DNA of 64,000 bases, taken from Heterodontus francisci. Lineage: Eukaryota. The stretch is taken from positions 22,020,529-22,084,528 of the forward strand of contig NC_090399.1 of the NCBI RefSeq assembly GCF_036365525.1. The letters run 5' to 3'. The notes under the pieces are model-generated. The model was not told where the DNA came from. It did no database searches and saw only the letters and a list, made by a program, of their open reading frames with translations. The translations under genes were made by a program, and so were the position numbers. Positions 48,949-61,189 of this stretch are shown here, one piece after another (the first letter of the stretch is position 1; every line of letters begins with the position of its first letter).

Positions 48949-50611
48949 TGTGATGGAAACCACACATGCCAAATGGAAAATATCAGGGCTGCGTTTGCTG
49001 ACAATGCAGCCACTAGGTGGCGCTGCACTGGCACATGCGCAAATGCAGCCTGTTCGTCTAAAACGTCACATTCAGCGATGTTCAGGCGGCTGCCAGGACT
49101 AAAAATGGCGCTGCTCAAATAATCACACAAAGCAGTGTAAACAAAGCAGCACACAATGGCCGGAGAGATCGGCTGGCCGGGGAATGGCCAGAGTGCGGGC
49201 AGGGGGTGGGGGAGGGAATGGACGGAGAGAGCAGCAGGCGTGGGGGGTGGGGGGGGGATGGCCGGAGAGCACGGGCGGGGGCAATTGCCGGAGAGATCGA
49301 GGTGGTGGGGGAATTGCCAGCTGACAGGAGAAGAACGCACCCGCCACCACCAAGGTGTTCAGCTGCTCTCCCCCCCTGCTCCACCCCTCTGCGCTCTCCC
49401 CACATTCGTGAACCGGTCCTGGAAATTTACGTTATGACGTCATCCGCGCATGTGCCAACTGGTCCTGGCAATGCAGAACGCAGCACACGCGCAGAGAGCA
49501 GGAGCCCATTTGTGCATGTGCGCAGATTGGCCCAGTCGGATGACATTACAACCGGCTGCGTTGTCAAGAAACACTTTCATCATATGAAAGTTTGCTTGAG
49601 AACCTTTTACTGGACATTACAAATAACTTTTAAAAAGCAGAATAGAACAGCTAAAGATGGCCACGCACTATTTGCATATGAGAAGACAAAGACTGGCTGG
49701 GAGACAGAGGTAAATTACCCAGTCTAACTGGAACAATGGGGTGTTCCCTAATTCAATTAACGAAAGTGGTATGGTCAGTTGTGGTAATCAAAAGCCATTG
49801 ACGCCCTTTGACTTTGAAAGAGCCAAATCAACCATCACCATCACCACCTCCCCCCCCCCCGCCACCCCGACCAAGTATGTCTGAAGAACAATGAATTTCC
49901 AAAAAAAACTTCCAGAAACTTCTATTTTCAAACAAAGAGGTGGTCACGTGACATACCTGCTGGTGTAACACTGAGTTTTGTGATTTGTGCCTCAGAAAGG
50001 AAGAGACTGTATCTGAACTACAAGGAGAAGGCATCTCTCTCTCGGTCCCCCTCTCCAGCAAAGACCCAGGGAAGCCTCGGTGGCAGCTAATTAGTCTCAA
50101 GTCTACGCAACCTTACAGGCAACAACCGAGAAAACATATAAAGCCTCTCTTCCACCTTCTGGAACTAGAGAAGCAAGCCTGAATTGTGCACGTCGCCCCC
50201 CCGCCCTCTCCCTCGCGAGGACTTCAAGACTTTAATTTCAACTAAGCTCATTGAAATGCAGTGTATGAATTCCACTGATGATGAACTTTACTTCAACCTC
50301 CCAACCTTTTCTTCCCCTCTGTACCTATTTGTGTGAGTGTGTGTCTCTCATATGAATGCGAGTGTGGATGCATCACATATTTTAGTGATTTTAACTGGTT
50401 TAGAGTGATAAGGTTCATAAATTTTTTTTTGTTCAAACTCAAGAAAACCAATCTGATTGGTTCATTTGCGAGTACATATTAGAGTAACAGGAGCAAGTGC
50501 TCACTGGCTTGGTAAGTTAAACCACTGTATTTAAAGATAAACCCTGTTGCGGTCAAACCAGAGAAGGGGCAAAAGGGGATCCTGAGAGCTCTTCCTCACC
50601 TGGTTGTAACA
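48949..50611 (+). mobile_element. Solo LTR (TG...CA) interrupted by a MITE
   Basis: Starts TGTGATGG, ends GTAACA; same family as 22652-23677. Confidence 0.75.
48984..49575. mobile_element. CpG-rich MITE (hAT-like) with dense transcription-factor motifs
   Basis: Absent from the paralogous LTR; inverted repeats GTTTGCTGACAATGCAGCC (48993-49011) and GGCTGCGTTGTCAAGAAAC (49554-49572); begins CAGGG. Confidence 0.7.
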
Positions 50612-50614
50612 ACC

Positions 50615-51160
50615 TCATTGGATGGCACACAGGAGAACGCTGACGAACATGCAGACTGAAACACTGGCTGAAAGTAGATACAATGTTTTTTAAAAAGGCA
50701 AAAAGAATCCTTGGGTTTATATCTAGAGGCAAAAAATGCAAGGAAATAATGCTAAACTTGTACAATACTTTAGTTGGGCAACAATGGATCTTTTGTGTAC
50801 AATCTTGGGCACTCCATTCTAGGAAAACTATAAAAGCAATTTAATAAAAGCAAGATTGTTTCCATTGGTAGGTGAGATGATAATGAGAAGGCAGAAATCT
50901 AAGATAATCACAAGAGTTTACACAGGGTTGTTTAGAATATTAAATCCTCTGCCATAAGCTGTTGTTGAAGCAGATTCTATAAATTTTTTAAAAGAAATTT
51001 AGATGAAAGGATTTAGAATTTAAAAGGAATATTAAAGATTATTGGCAGTGAGAGGTCAGAAGAATGGCATTAGAACAAGTGTCTCAGGTGAGGGAAAAGC
51101 ACTGGCATAGACTCAATGAGCCAAAAAGCCTCTTTCTGTACAGAAATATTTTGTGATTTT
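50615..51160 (+). mobile_element. Highly decayed CR1 3' fragment
   Basis: AKRILGFISRG..IMLNLYNTLV-like remnant and a 3'UTR. Confidence 0.6.
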
Positions 51161-51660
51161 AAATGGGTTGAAAACTCAATTATAACTAATGCAGTTCAGA
51201 TTTTTACTGGAGTATTAACATGAACCGAGCAGATAAATATAAGTTTGGGTCTTTATTTGTGAGCATTTTCTCTCTCAAAAGTGAAAATATAAAAATAAAA
51301 CATTTTAATAGGGCACAAAATCTATGCTGAAATGTGAGAAAAGCATTTAGCAATAGAAATACAGTCTTTATATATAGCAAACCGTGAAAAGCACATTGTC
51401 TCCTTATTGTGGATAACCCAGATGCTGGTGAGCACAGGGAAAATACATTCTTAGTTCACAGTATTTTTATTTATTGAAAATCAATGTTAAAAAAAAGAGA
51501 AAGGCCAAAGCTACAAAACAAAGAGATGGGGTCCATTACAACTCATCCCTCTCTTACCCGAGCTCTCCCATTATAACAGCCAGCTGCAGATTTTAATGCT
51601 ATTTTCATATATAACCACAAAAGCAACCAGCCTAATTCAGGATGCTGTTGTCCAGTTGGT

Positions 51661-53470
51661 CGCACTGGAGAGGGAGAGTATAAATTGAGACTGAGGCTCG
51701 CAGCCTACACTTATCTGGAACAGCGGAAAGGAAGTGGTCCTGTGAGGAAATGAACCGGAGAGGAAGATTATAAATCAAGACTGAGGCTCGGGGCCTGCAC
51801 TTACATGGAAGAGCAGAGAGGCAGCGGACCTGCAAGGAAACGCACAAAAGAGGGAGAGTATAAATTGAGATCAAGGCTCAGGGCTTACGCTTACCTGGGA
51901 GAACAAAGAGACAGTGGACCTGTGAGGAAATGCACCAGAGAGGGAGATTATAAATGGAGACCGAGGCTCTGGGCCTACGCTTAGCTGGGAGAGCAGGGAG
52001 GCAGCGGACATGCGAGAAAATGCACCAGAATGGGCGAGTATAAATTGAGATTGCAGCTCAGGGCCTGCACTTACGTAGGAGAGCAGAGAGCCTGTGAGGA
52101 AACACACCAGAGAGGGAGAGTATAAATCGGGGCTTGGGTCTGCACAAACCTGGGAGAGTGGAGAGGCAGCAGAACTGCGAGGAAACACCCTGGAGAAGGA
52201 GAGTATGAATTGCGGCTTGGGGCCTGCACTAACTTAGCAGAGCGAAGAGCCAGCGGACCTAGGTAAATGCATCAGAGAGGGAGAGTATAAACTGAAACTG
52301 AAGTTTGGGGCCTGCACGAACCTGGCAGAGCAGAGAGGCAGTGGGCCTGCGAGGAAACACACTGGAGAGGGAGAGTATAAATTGAGACTGAGGCTTGGGG
52401 CCTGCACTAACGTGGGAGAGGCAGCAGACCTGTGAGGAAATGCACCAGAGAGGGAGAGTATAAATTGAGACTGAGGCTTGGGGCCTGCACTTACCTGAGA
52501 GAGCGGAGAGGAAGCAGACCTGCGAGAAAATGAACCAAGAGGGAGAGTATAAATTGAGATCGAGGCTCAGGGCCTACACTTACCTGGGAGAATGGAGAGA
52601 CAGCGGACCTGTGAGGAAATGCACCAGAGAGGGAGATTATAAATGGAGATAAAGGCTGCAGGTGTACATTTACCTGGGAGACAGGAGAGGCAGCAGACAT
52701 GCGAGGAAATAGACCAGAGAGGGAGATTATAAATCAAGACCGAAGCTCAGAGCCTACACTTACCTGAGAGAGTGGGGAGGCAATGGTCCTGCACAAAACA
52801 CACCAGAGAGCAGAGAGAATAAATTCAGACTGAGGCTTGGGGCCTATGCTTATATGGAAGAGCGGAGACATAGTGGACCTGTGAGAAAACGCACCGGAGA
52901 GGGAGAGTATAAATTGACTCTGAAGCTCGGGGCCTACACTAACCTGGGAGTCAGGAGCGGCAGCGGACCAGTGAGGAAACGCACCAGAGAGGGAGAGTAT
53001 AAATTGAGGCTTGGGGCCTGCACTAACCTGGCAGAGCGTAGAGCCAGTGGACCTGCGTAAATGCACTGGAGAGGGAGAGTATAAACTGAGACTGAGGCTT
53101 GGGGCCTACATTAACCTGGGAGAGTGGAGAGGCAGCAGACTGTGAGGAAACATACCGAAAAGGGAGAGTATTAACTGAGACTGAGGCTTGGGGCCTGCAC
53201 TAACCTGGGAGAGCGGAGAGGCAGCGGACCTACGAGGAAACACACTGGAGAGGGAGAGTATAAATTGAGGCTCGGGGCCTGCACTAACCTGGGAGAGTGC
53301 AGAGGCAGTGGACCTACGAGGAAACACACTGGAGAGGGAGAGTATAAATTGAGGCTCGGGGCCTGCACTAACCTGGGAGAGTGCAGAGGCAGTGGACCTA
53401 CGAGGAAGCACACTGGAGAGGGAGAGTATAAATTGAGGCTCGGGGCCTACATTAACCTGGGAGAGCAGAG
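51661..53470 (+). repeat. Tandem array of 21 monomers (90 bp and 82-84 bp variants) at the 5' end of a CR1
   Basis: Unit GAGGGAGAGTATAAATTGAG(ACTGAG)GCTTGGGGCCTGCACT(T/A)ACCTGGGAGAGCGGAGAGGCAGCGGACCTGTGAGGAAACGCACCAGA; 21 TATAAA-type positions counted from 51679 to 53427. Confidence 0.95.
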
Positions 53471-56400
53471 ATGCAGGCGGCGGTGGCTGTGGCTGCGGCT
53501 GGAAGTCAGCACGCGCTGTGTTTGAGGAAAGAGTGAGAGAAAAAAAATCTAACAATGACCTCACAGGAAGGTCATAAGTTGATTGCTTGGTAAGTGACTA
53601 TTATTAGGGTTTCTGTGTAAATAGCTGGAAGATTAGAAACATTTAAAATTTTCTTTTAAAAATAACCTTCAAGTAACTATTTCATAAGTGGCAGGATTTA
53701 TTAATATTACTAAGATTTAAATTAGTGACATGAGCGGCATTAATTTAAAAATTATTTTAAAATAATTAAAATAAGTTAATTAATGAAATAATTGATCAAA
53801 TAGTAAATTAAAACACAATAAAGATGGCAGGGCAGGTAATGTGTTGCAGCCGTAGCATGTGGGAGCTGGTGGACACCAGTGTGATCCACAGCAATCACAT
53901 CTGTAGTAAATGTCTGCAGCTCGAGGAACCTCGGATCAGAGTAGATGAGCTGTAGGCCAAGATACAGACAATGTGATACCTCAGAGAGGGGGAAGGTTAC
54001 CTGGACACTCTGTTCCAGAAGGCAGTCACACCCCATAGGATAGCGTCTTCTGATTTGGTCAGTGGTCAGGGACAGGAGGGTGTGACTGTGAGTGAGGCAG
54101 GTAAGGGGATACAGAGGAAGTAGTAGAGGAGTCTCAGCCCTTGCAATTGTCCAACAGATTTGAGGTTTTTTCAGCTTGTATGGATAAGAGCGAGGGCTGC
54201 AAGGTGGATGAGAAAACTGACCGTGGCACTGTGGTACAGGAAGCTATTCACGTGGCAGGAGTAAATAGGAATGTAGTGATAGTAGGAGATAATATAGTCA
54301 GGGGGATAGACACAGTTCTCTGCGGCCAAGAGTGAGAGTCCAGAAAGTGTGTTGCCTGCCGGTGCTGGGCTTCGGGACATCTGCTCAGGGCTGGAGAGGA
54401 ACTTGCAATGGGAGGAGGAGGTTCCAGTGGTCACGGTCCATGCGGGTTCAATGACATAGTTAGGACTTGGAAAGAACTTCTGCATAAGAATCTGAGCAGC
54501 TCGGGGCTAAATTGAAAGGAGGAACCTCAAAGGTAATAATCTCTGGGTTATTACCTGAACCACAAGCAAATTGGAGCAGTTAAGATTAGAGAGTTAAATG
54601 TGTGGCTGAAAGATAGGTGCGGGAGAAATGGGTTTCCATTCGTGGGCCACTGGCACCAGTACTGGGGAAAATGGGAGCTGTATCGTTGGGACAGTCTTCA
54701 CCTGAACCGTGCTGGGACCAGTGTTCTGGTGAATCATATATCTAGGGTGGTAGAGAGTGTTTTAAACTAAATAGTGGGGGTGAGGGATCAAGAGAGGGAA
54801 GATGTGATAATTTAGAGAGGGAGGAGAAGGCAAGGGAGTAAGGTAGCAATAAGGGAACTGATAATCTGAGTGTGGCAGGAAGGGAAGATTGGAGGGAAGC
54901 AAAACTGGTAACAGGAAGTAGAAAAGTGATAAGCGAAATTAGAAGACAGATGAAGCGAAGGCAAGCATCAAATAGGATCACAATGCAGAATAATGTTAAA
55001 AAGACAAGGTTAAAGGCATTCTATCTGAATGTATGCAGCATTTTCTACAAGGTAAATAATGTGAAAGCACAAATAGAAGTAAATGGGTATGATTTAATTG
55101 CCATTACAGAGAGTTGGTTACAGGGCGACCAAGAGCAGGAACTGAATATTCAAGGCTTTTCGTAATTTAGGAAGGACCAGCAAAAAGGGAAAGGAGGTGG
55201 CATAGTGCTCTTAATAAGAGGTGAGATCAGTACATTAGTGAGAGAGTATCTTAGATCGAAGGATCAAGATGTAGAATCAATTTGGATGGAGCTAAGAAAC
55301 AGCAAGGGGCAGCAAACATTGGTGGGGGTTGTTTATAGGCCACCAACTGTAGTGGCAATGTTGTGCACAGTATAAATCAAGAAATTAGAGATGTACAGTA
55401 ATAATGGGGGGTGAATTAAATTTACATATAGACTGGGTAATTCATATCAGCACTAACGCTGTGGTGGATGAATTCCTGGAGTGTGTAAGAGATTGGTTTC
55501 TGGAGCAGTATGTCGAAGAACACTAGGGATCGTGTCTGTCTTCACAGAGGAAGATGCAGCAAATCTCTCAGAAGTGCCAGGGAACCAAGGGACTTGTAAA
55601 AATAAAGAACTGAAATACATTAGTATTAATAGAGAAATAGTACTCAAAAGATTAACTGGATTGAAGGTTGATAAATCCCCTGGACCAGATGAGCTCCATC
55701 CCAGAGTGTTGAAGGAGGTGGCTGTAGAGATAGTAGATGCATTGGTTATCTTTCAAAATTCTATAGATTCTGGAAAGGTTCCTGCAGACTGGAAAATAGC
55801 AAATGAAACCCCACGATTTAAGAAAGGAGCGAGAAAGAAAATGGGAACTACAGACTTGTTGGTTTGAAGTCTGTAGTAGGGAAAATGCAAGAATCTATTA
55901 TAAAGGATGTAATAACTGGACACTTAGAAAATAATGATATGATTGGGCAGAGTCAACATGGATTTATGAAAGGGAAATCATGTTTGACGAACCTGTTGGA
56001 GTTTTTTGAGGAAGTTACTTGTAGCATAGATAATGGAGAACCTGTGGGATGTAGTGTATTAGGAATTTCAGAAGGCTTTTGATAAGATCCCACACGGGAG
56101 ATTTGTAAACAAAATTAGAGTGCATGGAATTGGGGGTAATATACTGGTATGGATTAAGAATTGGTTAACAGACAGAAAGCAGAGAGTAAGAATAAACGGG
56201 TCATTCTCAGGATGGACAGGCTGTTACTAGTGGGGTACCGCAAGGATCAGTGCTGGGCCACAGGTGTTTACAATCCATATAAATGATTTGAATGTGGGGA
56301 CCAAATGTAATATTTCCAAATTCTGGTAACACAAAACTAGGTGGAAATGTAAGTTGTCAGGAAGATGCAAGGAGGCTTCAAGGGGATTTGGACAGGCTAA

Positions 56401-56648
56401 TTGAGTGGGTAAGAACATGGCAGGTGGAATCTGTGGAAAAATGTGACGTTATCCAGTTTGGTAGAAAAACCAGAAAGACAGAGTATTTCTTCAATGATGA
56501 GAGGTTGGGAAGTGTTGGTGTCCAAAGGGACCTGGGTGTCCTTGTTCATGAGTCACTAAAAGCTAGCATACAGGTGCCGCAAGCAATTAAGAAGGCAAAT
56601 GGTATGTTGGCCTTCATTGCAAGGAGAATTGAATACAGAAGTAAAGAA

Positions 56649-56859
56649 CAAGAAATGCTGGAATCACTCAGCAGGTCTGGCAGCATCTGTGGAAAGAGAA
56701 GCAGAGTTAACGTTTCGGGTCAGTGACCCTTCTTCGGAACACTGACCCGAAACGTTAACTCTGCTTCTCTTTCCACAGATGTTGCCAGACCTGCTGAGTG
56801 ATTCCAGCATTTCTTGTTTTTGTTTCAGATTTCCAGCATCCGCAGTATTTTGCTTTTAT
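56649..56859. mobile_element. Penelope terminal insertion with inverted 5' copy (fold-back)
   Basis: 15-bp TSD TACAGAAGTAAAGAA at 56634-56648 and 56860-56874; 79-bp arms at 56647-56725 and 56740-56818. Confidence 0.92.
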
Positions 56860-57326
56860 TACAGAAGTAAAGAAGTCTTGCTGCAATTGTATAGAGAATT
56901 GGTGAGACCGTACCTGGAGTATTGTGTACAGTTTTGGTCTCCTCCTCTAAGGAACGATATACTTGCCATAGAGGGAGTGCAACAGAAGTTCAAAAGACTA
57001 ATTCCTGGGCGGGATTGTCTTATGAGGAGAGATTGAGGAAACTGGGCCTGTATTGTCTAGAGTTTCAAAGAATGAGAGGTGATTTCACTGAAACCGACAA
57101 AATTCTTACGGGGTGTGACAGGCTGGATGTGGATAGGATGTTTCCCTGTCTGGTGAGTATAGAACCAGGGGACATAGTTTCAGTATAAAAGGTAGGCTAT
57201 TTAATACTGAGGTGAGGAGGAATTTCTTTAATCAGAGGGTGGTGAATCTTTGGAATTCTGTACCCCAGAGGGCTGTGGAAGCTCAATCATTGAGCATGTT
57301 CAAGATAGAAATTGATAGATTTCAGG

Positions 57327-58483
57327 AGAACATAGAACATAGAACAGTACAGCACAGTACAGCCCCTTCGGCCCACGATGTTGTGCTGAACCTTTAACCT
57401 ACTCTAAGATCAAACTAACTACCTACCCTTCATTCTACTATCATCCATGTACCTATCCAAGAGTCGCTTAAATGCCCCTAATGTATCTGCTTCTACGACC
57501 ACCGCTGGTAGCGCAGTCCACGCACCCACCACTCTCTGTGTAAAGAACCTACCTCTGACATCTCCCCGAAACCTTCCTCCTTAAAATTATGCCCCCTGGT
57601 GATGGCCCTTTCCATCCTGGGAAAAAGTCTCTGACTATCCACTCTATCTATGCCTCTCATCATCTTGTACCCCTCTATCAAGTCACCTCTCATCCTTCTT
57701 CGCTCCAATGAGAAAAGCCCCAGCTCCCTCAATCTTTCTTCATAGGACATGCCCTCCAGTCCAGGCAGCATCCTGGTAAAACTCCTCTGCACCCTCTCTA
57801 AAGCTTCCACATCCTTCCTATAATGAGGTGACCAGAACTGAACACAATATTCCAAGTGTGGTCGAACCAGGGCCTTATACAGCTGCAGCATAACCTCGCG
57901 GCTCTTAAACTCAATCCCCCTGTTAATGAAAGCCAACACACCATACGCCTTCTTAACAACCCTATCAACTTGGGTGGCAACTTTGAGCGATCTATGGACA
58001 TGGACCCCAAGATCCCTCTGTTCCTCCACACTACCAAGAATCCTGTCTTTAAGCCTGTATTCCGCATTCAAATTCGACCTTCCAAAATGAATCACTTCAC
58101 ACTTTTCCAGGTTGAACTCCATCTGCCACTTCTCAGCCCAGCTCTGCATCCTGTTAATGTCCCGTTGCAACCTACAACAGCCTTCCACACTATCCACAAC
58201 TCCAGCAACCTTCGTGTCATCGGCAAACTTGCTAACCCAGCCTTCCACTTCCTCATCCAAGTCATTTATAAAAATCACAAAGAGCAGAGGTCCCAGAACA
58301 GATCCTTGTGGAACACCACTGGTCACCGAGCTCCATGCTGAATACTTTCCATCCACTACCACCCTCTGACTTCTATGGGCCAGCCAATTCTGTATCCAGA
58401 CAGCCAACTTTCCCTGAATCCCATGCCTCCTTACTTTCTGAATGAGCCTACCATGGGGAACCTTATTAAACGCCTTGCTAAAA
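57327..58483 (-). mobile_element. Young 5'-truncated CR1
   Basis: 336-aa open RT/C-terminal frame closely similar to 33360-34400. Confidence 0.93.
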
Positions 58484-58789
58484 CTAATGACATCAAGGGA
58501 CATGGAGATAATGCAGGAAATGTGTCTTGAGGTTTATGATCAGCCATGATCTAATTGAATGGTGGAGCAGGTTCGATGGGCTGAATGGCCTACTCCTGCT
58601 CCTATGTTCCTAATAACTTCAAATTGATGACAATCACCTATCACTAACCTCCCTAACCAAAGGAAATGGTCCATTGTCATTTTTGTTCAACAAAACTCTT
58701 AGCAAAATCTCTGCCTTTTTTGTGGGGCAGATCCCAGACTCTCATATCTGTCCTACTATACATTCTTATTGCTTTATTCATCGCTATGA

Positions 58790-60703
58790 TGTGATGTTGC
58801 TGGCAAAGCCAGTATGTATTGCTCATCTGAAATAAGAACATGAAATGCTGGAACCACTCAGCAGGTCTGGCAGCATCTGTGGAAAGAGAAGCAGAGTTAA
58901 CGTTTCGGGTCAGTGACTCTTCTTCGGAACTGACAAATATTAAAAATGTCACAGCGAGTGAGGTGGGGGTGGGGCAAGAGATAACAAAGGAGAAAGTGTC
59001 GATTGGACAAGGTCACATAGCTGACCAAAAGGTCATGCAGCAAAGGCAAACAATATGTTAATGGTGTGTTGAAAGGCAAAGCATTAGTACAGAAAAGGTG
59101 TTAACGGACTGCATATTGAACAGCAACAAGTGCAAACATGAAAAAAAAACAGTGGGTAAGCAAACTTAACAAACTAACATGAAATGAAATAAATGCAAAA
59201 AAAAGGTTGTAAAAAAGAAAAAAAAGAAGAAAAAAAAACAACTAAAAATGAAAGTAAAATGGGGGGCTGTCATGCTCTGAAATTATTGAACTCAATGTTC
59301 AGTCCGGCAGGCTGTAGTGTGCCTAATCGGTAAATGAGATGCTGTTCCTCGAGCTTGCGTTGATGTTCACTGGAACACTGCAGCAATCCCAGGACAGAGA
59401 TGTGAGCATGAGAGCAGGGAGGAGTGTTGAAATGGCAAGCAACCGGAAGCTCAGGGTCCTGCTTGCGGACCGAGCGGAGGTGTTCCGCAAAACGGTCACC
59501 CAGTCTGTGCTTGGTCTCCCCAATGTAGAGGAGACCACATTGTGAGCAGCAAATACAGTATACTACATTGAAAGAAGTACAAGTAAATCGCTGCTTCACC
59601 TGAAAGGAGTGTTTGGGGCCTGGGATAGTGAGGAGAGAGGAGGTAAATGGGCAGGTATTACACCTCCTGTGATTGCAGGGGAAGGTGCCATGGGATGGGG
59701 ACGAGGTGGTGAGGAAAAAGGAGGTCATGCCAGAAGCACCGTCATGGAAGGTAGCATCATCAGAGCAGATGCGTCGAAGATGGAGAAACTGGGAGAATGG
59801 AATGGAGTCCTTACAGGAGGTCGGGTGTGAAGACGTGTAGTTGAGGTAGCTGAGAGTCGGTGGGCTTGTAATGGATATTAGTAGACAACCTATCCCCAGA
59901 AATGGAGACAGAGAAGTCGAGGAAGGGAAGGGAAGTGTCAGAGATGGACCATGTAAAGGTGAGAGATGGGTGGAAATTGGAAACAAAGTTGATAAAGTTT
60001 TCCAGTTTGGGGCGGGAGCAGGAAACGGCACCGATACAGTCAGCAAAGTACCGGAAAAGGAGTTGGGGGAGGGGGCCTGAGTAGGGCTGGAACAAAGAAT
60101 GCTCGACATATCCCACAAAAAGACAGGCATACCTAGGAACCATGCGGGTACCCATAGCGACACCTTTTACTTGAAGGAAGTGCGTGGAGTTGGAGGAGAA
60201 GTTGTTCAATGTGAGAACAAGTTCAGCCAGGTGGAGGAGGGTGGTGGTGGATGGGGACTGGTTGGGCCTCTGTTCCAGGAAGAAGTGTAGAGCCCTCAGA
60301 CCATCCTGGTGGGGATGGAGGTGTAGAGAGATTGGACATCCATAGTGAAGAGGAGGTGGTTGGGACCAGGAAACTGGAAATTGTCAAAATGACGTAGGGT
60401 GCCAGAAGAGTCACGGATGTAGGTGGGAAGAGACTGGACCAGTGGAGAAAAGAAAGAGTCAAGATAGGAAGAAATAAGTTCAGTATTGCTTATGTTTTGC
60501 AGATGTATCAATGTATTGCTCATCCCCCGTTGATCTGACTGAGTGAGTGACTTGCTCGGCCAATTCAGAGGACAGTTTAGTCAATGACGATGGGTTTGGA
60601 TAAATTGTTTCCTTCAGTGAAGGCTATTAGTGAGCATATGTCATGGTGGGATTTGATCTCGTGGTCTCTGTTTTCTAGTTCAGTAACAATCACTACGTCA
60701 CCA
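58790..60703 (-). mobile_element. Old tRNA-derived SINE (58790-58827 and 60511-60703) split by the Penelope element
   Basis: Head remnant TGGTGACGTAGTG..GAGATCAAATCCCACC; tail resembles the LINE 3' end at 61190-61250. Confidence 0.5.
58828..60510 (-). mobile_element. Penelope-like retroelement (Neptune-type), 5'-truncated, internally deleted
   Basis: RT (GVAMGTRM, FRYFADCIG, LPFLD) and GIY-YIG nearly identical to the 10759 copy; 14-bp TSD ATGTATTGCTCATC at 58814-58827 and 60511-60524; hammerhead motif 58895-58931. Confidence 0.95.
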
Positions 60704-61189
60704 TACACAATTATTGATTCTGCATCTAGCTTGTCCACTCTCCATAGTTTTAATGTCCTTTCTGTAATGGGGTGTCCAATACTGCACAGGTTACTCGAGA
60801 GTCTAATCATTGCCTTGTACAAGCTTATCGGGACCTCTTCGCTGTTCCTGCTCTTTTTATTCTGTGGCATTAGTTACGTGACTTAAAATATTATTGACTT
60901 TTTTTAATGGCTTTAGTTGCATGCACTTGCATTTCCAGGGACTTATGTATTAGCCCAAGTTTTCTCTCTCTCTACTGATGCCTTTATTTTCTTGCATTGA
61001 GCATTTTGCTTGTTTTTTCCTCCCAAAATTGATTTACCTTGCACTTTTTCACATTTAATTGCATCAGTCTGTCCTCCTTTAGTATTTAATGGTCCACCTT
61101 GCTGTTTGCTAGTCACCTTACTTTTTGTAAGGTCAGTGGACATGGTTATAACAAGATGAAAATGTGGAACAGGGTCATATTTCATTGAT

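Larger units (their letters stand above)
53471..58612 (+). mobile_element. Decayed full-length CR1 (internal deletion near 55530), with Penelope and CR1 insertions
   Basis: ORF1 remnant from ATG 53823 to TTTAAACTAA 54761-54770; EN (54872 ORF) and RT remnants; 3'UTR at 58487-58612. Confidence 0.88.

Noticed and set aside
22652-50611. Paired LTRs of one provirus (22652-23677 and 48949-50611)
   Set aside because: They are in opposite orientation, clearly diverged, 25 kb apart, with no gag/pol between them
51661-53470. CRISPR-like array or repetitive protein (ORFs 51871..53564)
   Set aside because: Whole units repeat with no unique spacers and no cas genes, in a eukaryotic context; the ORFs arise because unit lengths (90, 84) are multiples of three
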